A stretch of 64,000 nt of DNA from Eledone cirrhosa. Its lineage: Eukaryota. A model generated the notes under the pieces. It was given only the letters and a program-made list of their open reading frames with translations. It had not been told where the DNA came from and searched no databases. The stretch covers positions 18,166,001-18,230,000 of the forward strand of contig OZ024752.1 in the NCBI GenBank assembly GCA_964016885.1, written 5' to 3'. The first letter of the stretch is position 1, and the number at the start of each line of letters is the position of its first letter. The translations under genes and the position numbers were made by a program. This document shows, piece by piece, positions 1 through 13,022 of the stretch.

Positions 1-3000
1 CAGAATGAATGGACAGAGACAGTCAAAACTGTATGAAAGACTACACTGCATAGTGTGCTATTCTAACCAGTGAATAATCAAGAACAGCAACAAGAGCAGT
101 TGTCAGTTATAAAACCAGTGGAAAAACAGGAACAACCATCTGACACTACAGTGAGGAATAAGAGGAGGAGACAGTAGGTACCTATTTCACATACCTCTGG
201 TTCTTTTAAGTAGAAATACCTATTTGAATAGCTGGTTTCAATCCTGGCATGGCTAAGATGTTGATTATCTTAATAACGACACTATTCTCTTTGTCAGGAG
301 TATCTCAACTGGTTTACAGCAAAGGAAATAACACAGTTCAAATGGCGGTGGTGCTGTCACTTCACTACAAGAGAAAATAGAAGAAAATTCAAATAAGTAT
401 CATCTATGAAAATTAACATAGACCATGTCAATACAATCAAAAGACAAACACCTTCACTGCACACCACACATTCTAGCATAAACAATAGTTCCTGTTCAAA
501 TCAAAGATATCTTTTTGATTGACTGTTATGAATGATTGTTTCAAATTTACAAAAATGAAAAAAAATTATTTTATAGCCATTAAAGACTATAAAAACTCAA
601 CTATAGATAAGACATAACTCCCATATATTTGCTCTCAGAATAAAAGAAATTGTGTGAATAATCTAATGAAGTGAATGTGAGAATATTTAAAATTTATATG
701 ACTTACATTTGCAACATCTTTTGTTTAAAATATGGTACTAAACCAAAGTCGTCATAATAAAAAATTTATAAACATGAAGTTGCAAATCTTATTAATGGAG
801 ATGAAAAATATGTGGTAAATATAACTTTGATGGAAATATTTTACTGATTTTCATAAACTATAGTAATGGGGATAAAAAAAAATGGGTTTGGTAAATACAG
901 AAAAATCTACACCAACAGAAAATGTTTAATTGTGATTAAAAAGGGATGAAAAATAATTTTGAAAATAAAGAAGATTCTCTATCTAATTTGCTGATCTGCT
1001 TTCATTTAACTCTTCTAATGACTTTAATTAAATTCAAAAACTTCGTAAGTTATACTTCAAACATAATATGATTATGAAACAGTATTTCTCATTCAAATCT
1101 ACAAGAAACCCTTCATCTAATATATTAAAAAATGAAAAAAAAAAAGAAAAAAAAAAGAAAAAGAATTTTTGATATAAAAGAAAAGCTTTTTTTTTATTGT
1201 TTATTGTTTAGGGCCACTGAAAAAAATAAGTGATAAAAGTTTATATTTTACCCAAATATTCTAATTTAAAATTAGTCAATAATGATTCTTCAGTTTATCA
1301 GGATGAAGATATTTTCAGTTGGGGAAAAAAGAAAAAGAAAATGAATTTATTCTCAAATTAGTATTTAAATACAAATACCACCCCCAACTTTTTTTCATGA
1401 ACAGCCAGCTGTACTAACAAAAATTTCAACAGTAAGAATATACTTATTAAATTTTCTTAAAAAAATAAAAAAAAAAATTCTCCAAATGGTCTTGCCATAT
1501 AAGGCAACAATTGAAATGAGTTTCTTTGTTTAATAAAAACTCTTAGAAAAAAATGTTTAAATTAATCTGTAATTGGTGAGCAAAATTTCCAGTTGAGGAT
1601 ACAGATTGAATCGCGCTAAATGTGAAGGTACAGGGAAGGTGTCTGTATGTGCTGTCACCCCCACCCCCCAAACAGTCAGTCAGTCAATGTCTTAAACGCT
1701 TGGCCAGAGAAAGCTGCACTAACCTCTGTATGCTCATCAAATCCATACATGCAGTACTCACTCCCACGATCAGCAAACATTGAGTAGAAAGCTGGTAACA
1801 AGAGAATACCTTTAATACAAACCATCTAAAAGACATGATGGCCAGTGATGAACAACGACTAGTAATTCAGCTTTCATATCGGGAAATATTTTAACTACCT
1901 GCATTTAAATAGTTTTACTAACACCTGAGAACAATAAAAGGTGTGCAGAATATCATAAATGATAAATTCAACACATGCAAAATAACCTAATATTTTTTTA
2001 ACTGAAGTTTCTAAATCAATAAGTAATCTAAAATGTCCTAATATTAAAAAGATTTTAAAAAGAAGACCAATAAATAAATAAATAAAATCAAAATCAATAG
2101 TTTAAGCTTCATAGATAATTATAAATTGGGTTATTGTATAGTAATTGAACCATTATTGACCTCAATGACATAAAACTTTGGTAATATAGTTGTTTTCTTT
2201 CTACAGGTAAAGCAACAAATTATACTTTTGTAAAATATTGGTTTCTGTTAATAGAGAAAACTGTTTGAATTTATAGAATAACTTCATCAAGATCTAGAAT
2301 TTCAGGTATTTTGTAGGTAACTTTCGTAGGTATTCAAATAATTTTCTTGGTGATAGATATAAAATAAGTACAGCTAATTCCATCATTAAATCATTAATAT
2401 CCTTCATGTTATCACCAATCTGGCCAGGCTTAGATTAGTCAATATCTGAATTAAAATTTACATTATTAAATCAACAGTAGAAAAAGAATAGCTAAATACT
2501 AAAGCTAAATAGTTGTATAATAAAACAGAAATTAGTACTTGTAATGAGTATATGCTTATTTAAAAAGAAAAATAGATCAAGAAATAATAACACCTGTTAA
2601 AACTAAAACAACTAGAAAAATGGAAATTGGTAACATGTCTTTTCTTACATAAAAAAAAAAAGCCATGCAAATTCTTCAAAACTGCAAAAAAAAAAATATT
2701 GAACAACGACCTCTAATATTCAAATTTAATCTGAAAATTTCAGTATAATAAAAAAAAAGGTTTGTAATATACCAATAATATTCATCATGCCAGTAGAGGA
2801 ATTGATTCCAACTCTTTTGTGGCAGAAAAATATGACGAGAGAGTGTGTGTGACTGCAACAGCGAAATCTTGGTTTGGAAAAAAAAAAAAATTGAAAAAAA
2901 AAAAAAAAAAAAAAAAAAGGGAACATGGGGGCATCAATGGAATATGACGGACTACAGAAGTAGTGAGTGAAAAACTCCTCATTATGATTGCTTATCTTCA

Positions 3001-4576
3001 GTGTGACAGAGCAGAATAAATGTAGCCATACCTCAAATAAAACTGTTCTCTGCCTGCTGCCAATACACTCCAAACTTGTACTCATACCAATAGATGAAAA
3101 TGAACAAAGACAACAGCTGTTAGCAAGCAATCTACTTTGCAATAAGTTTTGAGCCATTTGTGGTTGAAAATCAGAAAATGCTGTAAAAAGAAGTTGATAT
3201 CAGCAGATTGATGAGTATCGAGTTGATATAGTTAATGCATTTGTGGCTGGTATAACCTGAGTGAAGCCAGCATAACACTTTCAGGAACAAACAGGGAATG
3301 CACTAATTTTATATTGAAAAGCTATTGTAATCTCTCAAACTACATTCTAGGCATCAACAGTTTTGCAATGGTTTTTTTCCCATGCTGGCATAATTTGAAG
3401 AACAGTATGAACATTACATACTTTCCAAATATAAGATATTAACATTTGTCTAAGCACAGTAACTACAGTTAAAGGCATTGTCATTTATGAGTCGTTAAAA
3501 CTTTGGTGCCTGCAAAATTGTTCTCATAGACCGCTTCTATCTTCAAATCAAGCATTATGACATTAAAAGTAAACACAGTGAGATACCAGAGTCTATGGTG
3601 TTTGGCAATTGAATAGGGACAGTATAGGGTTTGGACAAGCGCTGGTGCCATGAACACACCCAGTAAGGTGGTTGGTGTTAGGAAGGGAATCTAGCTGTAT
3701 AAACCATGCCAAATATAGAATGAGCATGTATGACAACCTCTCTAGCACTGGTGCCATGAAAAAAAAAAAAAATAATAAAACACACACCCAGTAAGGTGGT
3801 TGGTGTTAGGAAGGGAATCTAGTCGTAGAAACAATGCCAAATATAGAATGTATGAGTGAGATGAGGTTGCTCCAACACGCCTGGTCTCAGACAGTGAAAA
3901 CCCGTCCAACCCATGCCAGCATGGAGAGTGGACATAAAAACGATGATGATGATATAAGAAATTCCCTTAAAATATTTTTTGTGGGGACTGCAGTTTTATT
4001 ATATATTTTCTTAGTAAAATTGTTTTACTATTAAGTAATCCTCCTACTCCCACATTAACCCTTTTGATCCCAACCTGCCTGAAATAACTCCTAGTTCTAT
4101 GCTACAAAACTTTGTTTTCAAATGTAAATTTATCTAAAAAAAACTTTTATAGTTTTATGTAAAAACTTTTGCTAAGTTATGTTTCAAATACTAGTTTCAT
4201 ATTGAAAAAAATTAGTTACATAACTAAATCCTTTCAAATTCAAAGTATTGAGAGATACAGTAAGGAATGGATTAAAATGTTTTATCCAACTCAAGTAGGA
4301 TTTGAAGTTCCTGGAGTCAGCAATTTAAAGTATTATCTTCTTTTATGAGCAAAACCAACCAGCAGGAGACCCAAGCAAGATGGTTGGATAACATCCATGA
4401 GCTTGGCTGGTCACACTTGGGGATCCAGCCGGATCAGTTGGAGACAGTTGCTTCTGACAGGACCCGCTGAAATGAATGTTTGAGGACTCTGTCCCCATGA
4501 TCTTCTCAGGAATAAGTGGGTGAAGAAGAACTATTTTCTCTAACTAACCATTCACTGTGTTAGTCTATGTGTGTAA

Positions 4577-4612
<36 letters not shown>

Positions 4613-4689
4613 CATATAGATACTCTTTTATGTGTTCCAGATGATTGGCTAAGGCCATGCTGGGGCACCGCCATTAAAAAACTAAAAAA

Positions 4690-4800
4690 TGCTTATAGCA
4701 CCTAGGTTGCCCAAGCAGTCACCCATCTAAGTACTAACTAGGCTTGATGTTGCTTAACTTCAGTGATCGGACAAGTATGTGTTTTCAGCATGATATGGTC
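4690..4800 (-). pseudogene. 5S rRNA pseudogene (or 5S-derived SINE head)
   Basis: Reverse complement reads GACCATATCATGCTGAAAACAC..GTCCGATCACTGAAGTTAAGCAAC..GTTAGTACTTAGATGGGTGACTGCTTGGG..GTGCTATAAGCATTTT. This matches the animal 5S rRNA consensus with many C>T/G>A changes, a short 5' truncation and a T-run end. Confidence 0.88.
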
Positions 4801-6825
4801 CTCTGATAGTAATTCCTAACATAGACACAAGAACAATATTTGGGGGGGGGGGGGTCGATTACATCAACCCTAGGACTTGACAAGAACTTTATTTTGTCAA
4901 CCCCAGAAGGATGAACGAGGATGAAAGACAAATCAACTTAAGCAGAACTTAACGAGCAATAATTAAATTTTTGACTAACGATTCTGCCATTCCACTGCCC
5001 TGACCTTATTTGAACTTTCTAATAATGTATGAATTATTGTTTTATGTCTGTTTTTCCATGCTTGCACGAGGTTGGGCGAAACACAGAGCCTTTCCCAGTT
5101 TAATGGGCGTTAAGTAAGAGAGAGTACAAACTTCCCTCATGGATGGAACACCAGCCCACCACAAATGCTAACCCCCAGCTGCCACCGGTACTAATTTTCA
5201 GCTGAGTAAACTGGAGCAGCAAGAATGCCTTGGTCAAGAATGAACTGTGTCACTCGGTCTGAGAATCAAACCCACGATCTTTAAATTGTCAGACCAACAG
5301 CTTACCTACTTAGACATGCACTTTTGCATTTTCTACTAATACTGAGATAAATTATTTGATTTAAATGAACTTAAATAATACAATTTCAAATTTGAAACAG
5401 AAATTATTTAAAGTACTATATCTCCCTCTCTTTCTTTTTCCCCTAGACTCCAATTTAAAGTGTTTAGTTATTTCCATTTCAGTTAATTATGTTAGTCAGT
5501 CAATATTTTATTGAAATATAAAAATTTCTGAAATGAAAAATTATTCAGCTATGTTGAAAACTATGTGTAAATAAACCAGAAAAAATAAATTTTATTTTCA
5601 GCTTCAAAATTCTTTGGCTACCCTATTTCAAATTTTAGTTATATTTGCAAGTTTGTTCCCTTTAACTCTAAATGCAGAAGCCCATCAACTCAGGATACGA
5701 TATCAGAATCCTGGCTTTTCACTTACCTTTAATATCTGAAAGAGAAAGCGTAAATCCCCAATATGGAAGCATTAACATATATTCAGATTCATCTTTTTTT
5801 TTTCTGCTAATAAGAAGACAGAATAAGGTAGTTTTAGAGTGTGTTGCTGATATATGAACGCAAACATACACACACTCTTGTCTAAAACATCTATCACAAC
5901 CCAAGCCATACATTCAACATAACATGGAAATGAATTTTATTTCTCCAAGTAAAATTTTACCTGCACAAAACAGAATTTAGCAGGGAAGATAGTATAAATG
6001 AAGCCGCTTACATATCAATTATCTAAGACCAAAGAAATACCTGTATAGAGAGGCAAGCATCACTGGTGTCGAGGAAGCATTGAGGCACTGTGGTCTCATG
6101 TAACACATTGGTAGTCATAGCAATGCTCTCAACATTGGCGACCGAACAATTCAAACATGGTGCTGACAAAGATTGATAGAACTGCATAAATAGAAATCTG
6201 TCTGTATCAGAAAAGAAACTGTTCAGACTATAGTCATGTGCTTATAATAAAACCACTGGAATGATATGGTGTCTGTGCGGGAAAATAAAGTATTAAGGCC
6301 CCATTCACAACATTAAACCCAGAATATACCAGTTAGGATTTTCAATATTGTTAGATGTAATGCTTAAAAAATTTGTATTAGGTTAGGGGAAAAAAAAAAA
6401 AAAAAAAAAAAAAAAAGCAGTAATCTAGGTCTTACCCAAGTATAAAATTAAATTTTAATGTAAGGTTTTGTAATATTTTTTTTTGTTGCTTAGTTATTGT
6501 GATGAAGTGATTTATGAGTAAAAAAAAAAAAAACATTCATTTGGGGCATCAATGATATTAAAATTAAATGTCAATACTATGTAGAATAATTAAATAATTT
6601 GAGAATGATAGATTAAAAATGAATTAAGAGACTTATTGTAGCTAATTTCTGAAAAATCCAACTGCCACCCTGAATCTAAATCAATGCTAAATAATAGAAT
6701 TATTGTAATTCTAACAGTTTTCAAATCAAATAAAATTGATCTTAGTATTTTCTGGGATTATTTTTCTTTAAACTAGAGAAAGTTTCTATTCCAGAAAATG
6801 AAAAAGGATAAACTGTAACAATAAA

Positions 6826-7148
6826 CCCATGTTGATACCAATATTATATGGATAATATCAATAATCCCATTTGATGATATCATTGTTAAGAGTTAAACTA
6901 ATTTGATATCAATATTATATGGATGATATCATTGTTAAGAGTTAAACTAATTTGATATCAATATTATATGGATGATATCAATAATCCCATTTGATGATAT
7001 CATTGTTAAGAGTTAACTTATTTTGATACCAATATTAATAATCCCATTTGATACCAATATTATATGGAACGATATCAATAATCCCATTTGATAATATCGC
7101 TGTTAAGAGTTAACCTATTTTGATATCAATATCATATGGACAATATCA
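6826..7148. repeat. AT-rich degenerate minisatellite (TTTGATATCAATATTATATGGA.GATATC modules)
   Basis: Shuffled repeats of 15-30-bp modules. Confidence 0.85.
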
Positions 7149-7631
7149 AAGCATTCTTCAGTCACACAAATTAATATTAGCAAAAATTACAAGCAGCAAC
7201 AGATTAAGATATGTTTACCAGTTCTTCAAATATCGGCCAATTCATTATCAACCTTGAACACAGATCCATGAATGGGACTATAATGGCAGGAAGAAAATCT
7301 ATTAAATATACTAAAGGATGAATACAGGTTTAAGGGGTTGGGGAGCACAGGGAACAGAAAGGTGTTGATAACATTTACCAAGTATATTGTTTAGAAGTGC
7401 CATGACAGTCTGTTTTAGATTACAGACCAACATATTTGAGTGGCTGCCGTCTATTAGCTTGGTGTGTCTCTTGCTCAACTCCAATGGACGAACAAATAGA
7501 CAGACGGATGGACGGATGCATGCCAGTAGAGGTCACCACTTACCTCTGAGTGAGCTGAAAGCAAGATCGGGTGAACCATTAGACAGTCACTTACCAGCAT
7601 AGGTTGATCAGAAGCAGGCTAGATCAATCAT

Positions 7632-7786
7632 TCATTTAGTGTCACCTTCAGAATGTGTGCCAGTTTCTTCATTACTATCATCAATATCAGCACGGCTGTC
7701 TGATGGAATTTCACCATCTTCGTATTTATCATAATGCATCATCTCCATGTGCTGGCTGTTGTCATCGTTGTACATTAATTGTTTAT
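7632..7786 (-). CDS. LUC7L3: LUC7L3 last coding exon (DKQLMYND...YEDGEIPSD...HSEGDTK*)
   Basis: Acceptor aacccag. Phase-1 exon open to TGA at 7632-7634. Acidic tail with EDGEI and an SEGDT end. Total CDS 1470 nt. Confidence 0.78.
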
Positions 7787-8851
7787 CTGGGTTTAAAATA
7801 AAATTGAAAATTCTAAGTTCTATAAATCAAATGGCACAGCAGTTGGCACATTTCTTTCTTTCTCTCTCACATACACACACACACACTCACTCACAAGCTA
7901 TGTACAATTTGTTGCTATATATGGATAATAAAATATTATCACGCCCCTCATAAGACTGTAAATGTACAGAGTAATATTTTTATTTTATTTCAACAAACAG
8001 GGAACATCCTCCATGAAGGTAAATCTTAAAAAACATTCTACAATGGCTGTCACTGCTGCTCTTGTTGAACAGTGTCAAGTCACAAACATTACAACACATT
8101 GTGACAAATCTTTTGAATTTCACAACACATTGCAATCAAATGATAGACAGACCTAACATTCTCTCTCGATGGTCTCTCACGACCATTAATCACACATTAT
8201 GTGGCTAAGATTTCATTAAACATTGTTTGTCAGAAAAGAAAAAAAAAAAATTTAATTTACAAATAAAACCCGTGTAGGTTTAGCTGGCCTTCTAGAAAGT
8301 TGCATCTCGTGTGTTTTAAAGTCTAGAGCCTCAGTCCTATCAAAATGTGAAGTGGCTTGCTCAAACCCATGACTTCATGATTATGAGTCCATTATCCTAA
8401 CCACTTGGCCAGGCACCTTGTAACAGCAATAAAACATTCCAGCCCCACTAGAATATCAGCCTGCGGCCTTGCAGGTTCAACCAATTCATCCAGTTGTTTC
8501 AAAATGGCCCGAAGAAACTGAAACCATTCCATTGGTGAAAAGAACAAACAGACTGTGTAGTTAAGGAGTTCATTTATCAATATGGTTAAGGTTTCGCTTA
8601 CACTGTGTGGTACCATGGGTGTCTTCTACTGAAGCTCCAGGTTGACCAATGCCATGTCAGTGGAATGTGAATGCGTGTATTCCCTTGTCCATCTTTATGA
8701 TCAACAAAATCCCTTGAAGGTGACCCCCAGCATGACCATAGTTAAATGTATGGGGCCAGTAAAAGAACAATGGAATAAATTTTGGTTGGCAGGGATCATT
8801 ACAATATATGCCTTAATAAGCAACAGTTGCCAAACCAAGCCAAACATGGAA

Positions 8852-8962
8852 AATGGTGTCATAATACTGACATAGGTAGCCTACCAACAGAGATGGTAAG
8901 GTTCTAATGGTGTCATAATACTGACATAGGTAGCCTACCAACAGAGATGGTAAGGTTCTAAT
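8852..8962. repeat. Perfect tandem duplication of about 54 bp
   Basis: AATGGTGTCATAATACTGACATAGGTAGCCTACCAACAGAGATGGTAAGGTTCT occurs twice. Confidence 0.92.
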
Positions 8963-9992
8963 TATGAACAATAGTATCTTCACAAAGTAACAATCCTAAT
9001 GATCATACACTCATATACAATCAATGTGGTGAACACAGAACACAGTGTTCTTTTCAGACACTGGTTATCAAATACCTTGAAACAATTGACATCCTTAGTT
9101 TGTAGGGACCAATTTCACAGCTGCAGAGAAAAAAACTAAGTGTGACAGGAACACATGAATATTTAGTTGACTATTCAAGGAAGTTTGCTTGACAACGATG
9201 TAAATGCTCACACACTTTGAACAAAGACTCAGCACACATATCCAAAAGAATACCATCTACCTTTTATAACCTACTATGTTTCTCCAATAATTTAAATAGC
9301 CTCTACATTTTCCCAAACATCTTAACTATATTTCAACCACTAGACCCTTGACTAAGCATTTCATTCACCTAATCTTTTCCTCCATTTAAAATGTTTCATT
9401 ATTATCAGTAAAGTAGTGGATTGGCAGTTTCGGTAGAGCACCAGATACCATGCTTTACAGCATCGAGTTATGGCCCTTTATGTTCTGAGTTCAAACCCCG
9501 CAGAGGTTAACTTTGCCTTTCATGCACTGGGATAATTGGTGGCCTCATACCAAAAGTAGAAACAATTATTATCAGTAAAGGGCAATGGATTGGCAGTTGT
9601 TAGAGCTTTGGACAAATGCTTAGCAGTATTTGTTGCAGTTCTTTAGGTTCTGAGTTTAAATTCTGCAGAGATCAGCATTGCTTTTCATCCGGGGTCAATA
9701 AAGTACCAGTAAAGAACTGGGATCAACATAATCATATTTCTCCATGCTCCCAAATTACTGGCCTTATGACTAAAGTAGAAATCATTATTACCAGTTTCAT
9801 AACACAATATTAATAATAGTAAAAAAAAAAATAAAAAAATTTCAATTGAAAATATAACATTATAAACTGTAATGATAACCTGTTAAGGACAGCTGTAATT
9901 TCAAATAAATATTTGTACAAAGAGGACTTGAACTCCCCAAGCTTTAGTAAAAGATCAACCTGTCTAAGAGAGCAGTCATTATCATCATTTAA

Positions 9993-10401
9993 CCCTTTAG
10001 CATTTACATTACTCTGTATTTACTATTACATTTTCATGGTAAAGGCTTTATCCCACACAATTATCTCACATAATATTGAATCTTGATATTATTTATTTTG
10101 AAAACAATACCTTAACATCAGTATGAACAGCTGGTTACAGCCGGTTTACACAGAAAGAGATGAAAAAATTCTAGTCGGATACAGTCAATTTAAATGCTAA
10201 AGAGTTAAACTGGCCGTATCCAGCCAGAATTCTCTCACCTCTTTCTGTTCAAACCGACTGTAACTAGCCACTCATACTTATGTTAAGGTGTTGTTCTCAA
10301 AATAAACAATACCAAAATCTCATAGATTCGATATTATGCGAGATAAAGCCTTTACTGTGAAAATATAATAGTATATATAGAGTAATGTAAATGTTAAAGG
10401 G
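9993..10401. mobile_element. Two piggyBac-derived MITEs in inverted orientation sharing a TTAA
   Basis: TTAA-CCCTTTAGCATTT...AAATGCTAAAGAG-TTAA followed by an inverted copy ending AAAGGG-TTAA. Confidence 0.85.
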
Positions 10402-10900
10402 TTAAAGTCCATCTCAGCTTGCCAAGATTGGAAGGTTGGACAGGTCTTCAGAGACCAAGTCAGTACTCAAGCAGAGACACCGATAGGATACACGTCTGAA
10501 TCTCACATAAGTCCTTCCACTTTAACAAATGCATTTTATTATGTTGCCAGCTAGAGTCCTTCTGGCCCCTTTTTTGGCAGGTTTTCTATAGCTGGATGTC
10601 CTTTCTGTTACCAACCACTTTACAATGACTCTGAATAAAACTGATAGCATTGAGGTAACACTTAAGTTTTGGCAGACAACCCCTCTAGCACTGGTGGCAT
10701 GATAAAAGGGACTCAGGCAATATTGATAGGAAGGGTATCCAACCATGAAAACCACACCAAAACTATTAACAGCACAACTCACAATATAAACACTAATTGC
10801 GTATACACGAGACAAAGGAATGCAACAAATGGGAGGAAAGCTGTGGTGAAGAAGATCCGGCCAACCAATACAAGCATGGAAAAAAAAAAAAATACAGACA

Positions 10901-11640
10901 TAAAATAATTGTTTCTACTTTTGGCACAAGGCCAGCAATTACCCCAGTGTATTACTGGTACTTTATTTTATCGAGCCCATAAGGATGAAAGGCAAAGTTA
11001 AGTGTGGCGGGATTTGAACTCAGACCATAACTGTGTCCGACCATCTACTGATACTGCCAATATAAAATAATTGTTTCTACTTTTGGCACAAGGCCAGCAA
11101 TTACCCAGTACATTACTGGTACTTTATTTTATCGACCTCGTAAGGATGAAAGGCAAAGTTAACCTCGGCGGGATTTGAACTCAGATCGTAAACGGATGTA
11201 ACTAAGCTGGAAAGCATGTCCGTCCCTCCACCGATACTGCCAATTCCCCGCCAATATAAAATAATTGTTTCTACTTTTGGCACAAGGCCAGCAATTATCC
11301 CAGTGTATTACTGGTACTTTATTTTATCGACCCTGTAAGGATGAAAGACAAAAACCGCCAATATAAAATAATTGTTTCTACTTTTGGCACAAGGCCAGCA
11401 ATTACCCAGTACATTACTGGTACTTTATTTTATCAACCCTGTAAGGATGAAAGGCAAAGTTAACCTCGGCGGGATTTGAACTCAGAATGGCAAGGGCCGT
11501 AACTCAATGCGTCAAAGCATGGCGTCCGACCCTCTACCGATACTGCCAATCCACCGCCCTTATAAAATAATTGTTTCTACTTTAGGCACAAGGCCAGCAA
11601 TTACCCAGTGCATTACTGGTACTTGCCCTTATAAAATAAT
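10901..11640 (-). repeat. Tandem array of about 5 partial or full tRNA-type SINE units; dispersed copies at about 4810, 9414, 9580, 14740, 27120, 32205, 36470, 43450, 53890
   Basis: Repeated TAAAATAATTGTTTCTACTTTTGGCACAAGGCCAGC. On the minus strand, B-box-like GAGTTCAAATCC and A-box-like TGGCAGTATCGG. Confidence 0.85.
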
Positions 11641-13022
11641 GATGATTCATAAGAAAATGTGCAGCAGCGAAGCAACAGTATTAGTTCTCAAAATTATATA
11701 TTTATACTCTCTCAAAGTTTTTGTAATATACTTTCAAAAGCATATTTCACATTTCCGGATTTAAATTGTGTTAAAGCATCTGCAAGTGATTTTAAATTTT
11801 AATTTATTGGAAAAAAATTTGGATTCCAGAGCTGAATAATTCCAACCTTGTGATAATATGTCTTATAGTTCATATCATACTTAGAAAATATAAAGACTTC
11901 TGTCTTCATAGCTCAAGTCTGCTGGATGAATTCTATTCCACTCTACATCATAAACAGGAGTATTTGGATACATTCTACCAACTAACAGACAAGTGAGGGT
12001 GCATGGCCTAATGGTTAGGATGCCTGATGTACAATCGTAATGTTGGTTTGATCCCCATATTGTTCCTGAGCAAAACACTTTATTTCACGTAGCTCCAGTA
12101 CCCTCAGCTGATATGAGCGAGTACCAGGAGTAGCCGGGGAGTTAAACCTATGATAGATCAGTGTCCTGTCTAGGGAGAGTTTTGTACTCTGAGTCACTTT
12201 CTTCGGCTAAGAACAAACTTTAACTTAACTAATGAGATACCTTACGGGGTGGATTGGGTACTTTTTGTCACAGCAACAACAACCTCCAAATAATACATAT
12301 TTAGAGTTACGTAAACTGAGGAGTAATAACAGAGATTCAATAATAAGCTGACACCCTCTCAACTTAGCCAGCTATACATGAATGTTTTAATACCATTTTT
12401 TATATTAAAGCAAGGGTTCATCTTGCAAGCCCTATCATCTATATATAACCTCCATCAACACCCTGGCTTCCATTTCTTCCACCAATCTTTACCTTGGTCA
12501 CCCCCTTCCTCTACTTCCTTCCACATTCATTCCATCACTCTTCTCATCCAGTCACTTTCATCCATGGGTATCTGGTTTAGAAGAGATATACCATATCTCC
12601 CTGTATGTCATAAGAGGCAACTAAAAGAGTTGGTACCAGGAAGGGCATCCAGCTATAAAACATTGTCTCAAAAAGGACTATGGTCAATATAACAGCTTAA
12701 CTGTGAATTATATGAAATAGGTCATTAAATATAGCAACTTTGCTAATGATTGTTGAATATAACGGAGTTAATGACTGGCTGAGCAAAATGATAAAATGTA
12801 TATTTAACCCTTTAGCATTTAAACTGGCCAAAATTCTTTCTGTTCAAACCAGACACTCATACTGACATTAAGGTATTGTTCTCAAAATAAATATTAACAT
12901 CATAAAAATCTCGTAGACTCCATATTATGTGAGATAAAGCCTTTACCATGAAAATATATTAGTAGAGTTAATGTAAATGCTACATAATAAAATTTTATCA
13001 GATCAAAGACATTTTTACTCAC

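Noticed and set aside
2726-3157. 143-aa minus-strand ORF as a standalone gene
   Set aside because: It runs through long homopolymer tracts (poly-Phe) and has no domain motif. Only 3032-3180 is kept as a candidate alternative exon.
6826-7148. Structured ncRNA or CRISPR-like repeat
   Set aside because: Irregular AT-rich minisatellite modules with no spacers and no recognisable RNA motif.
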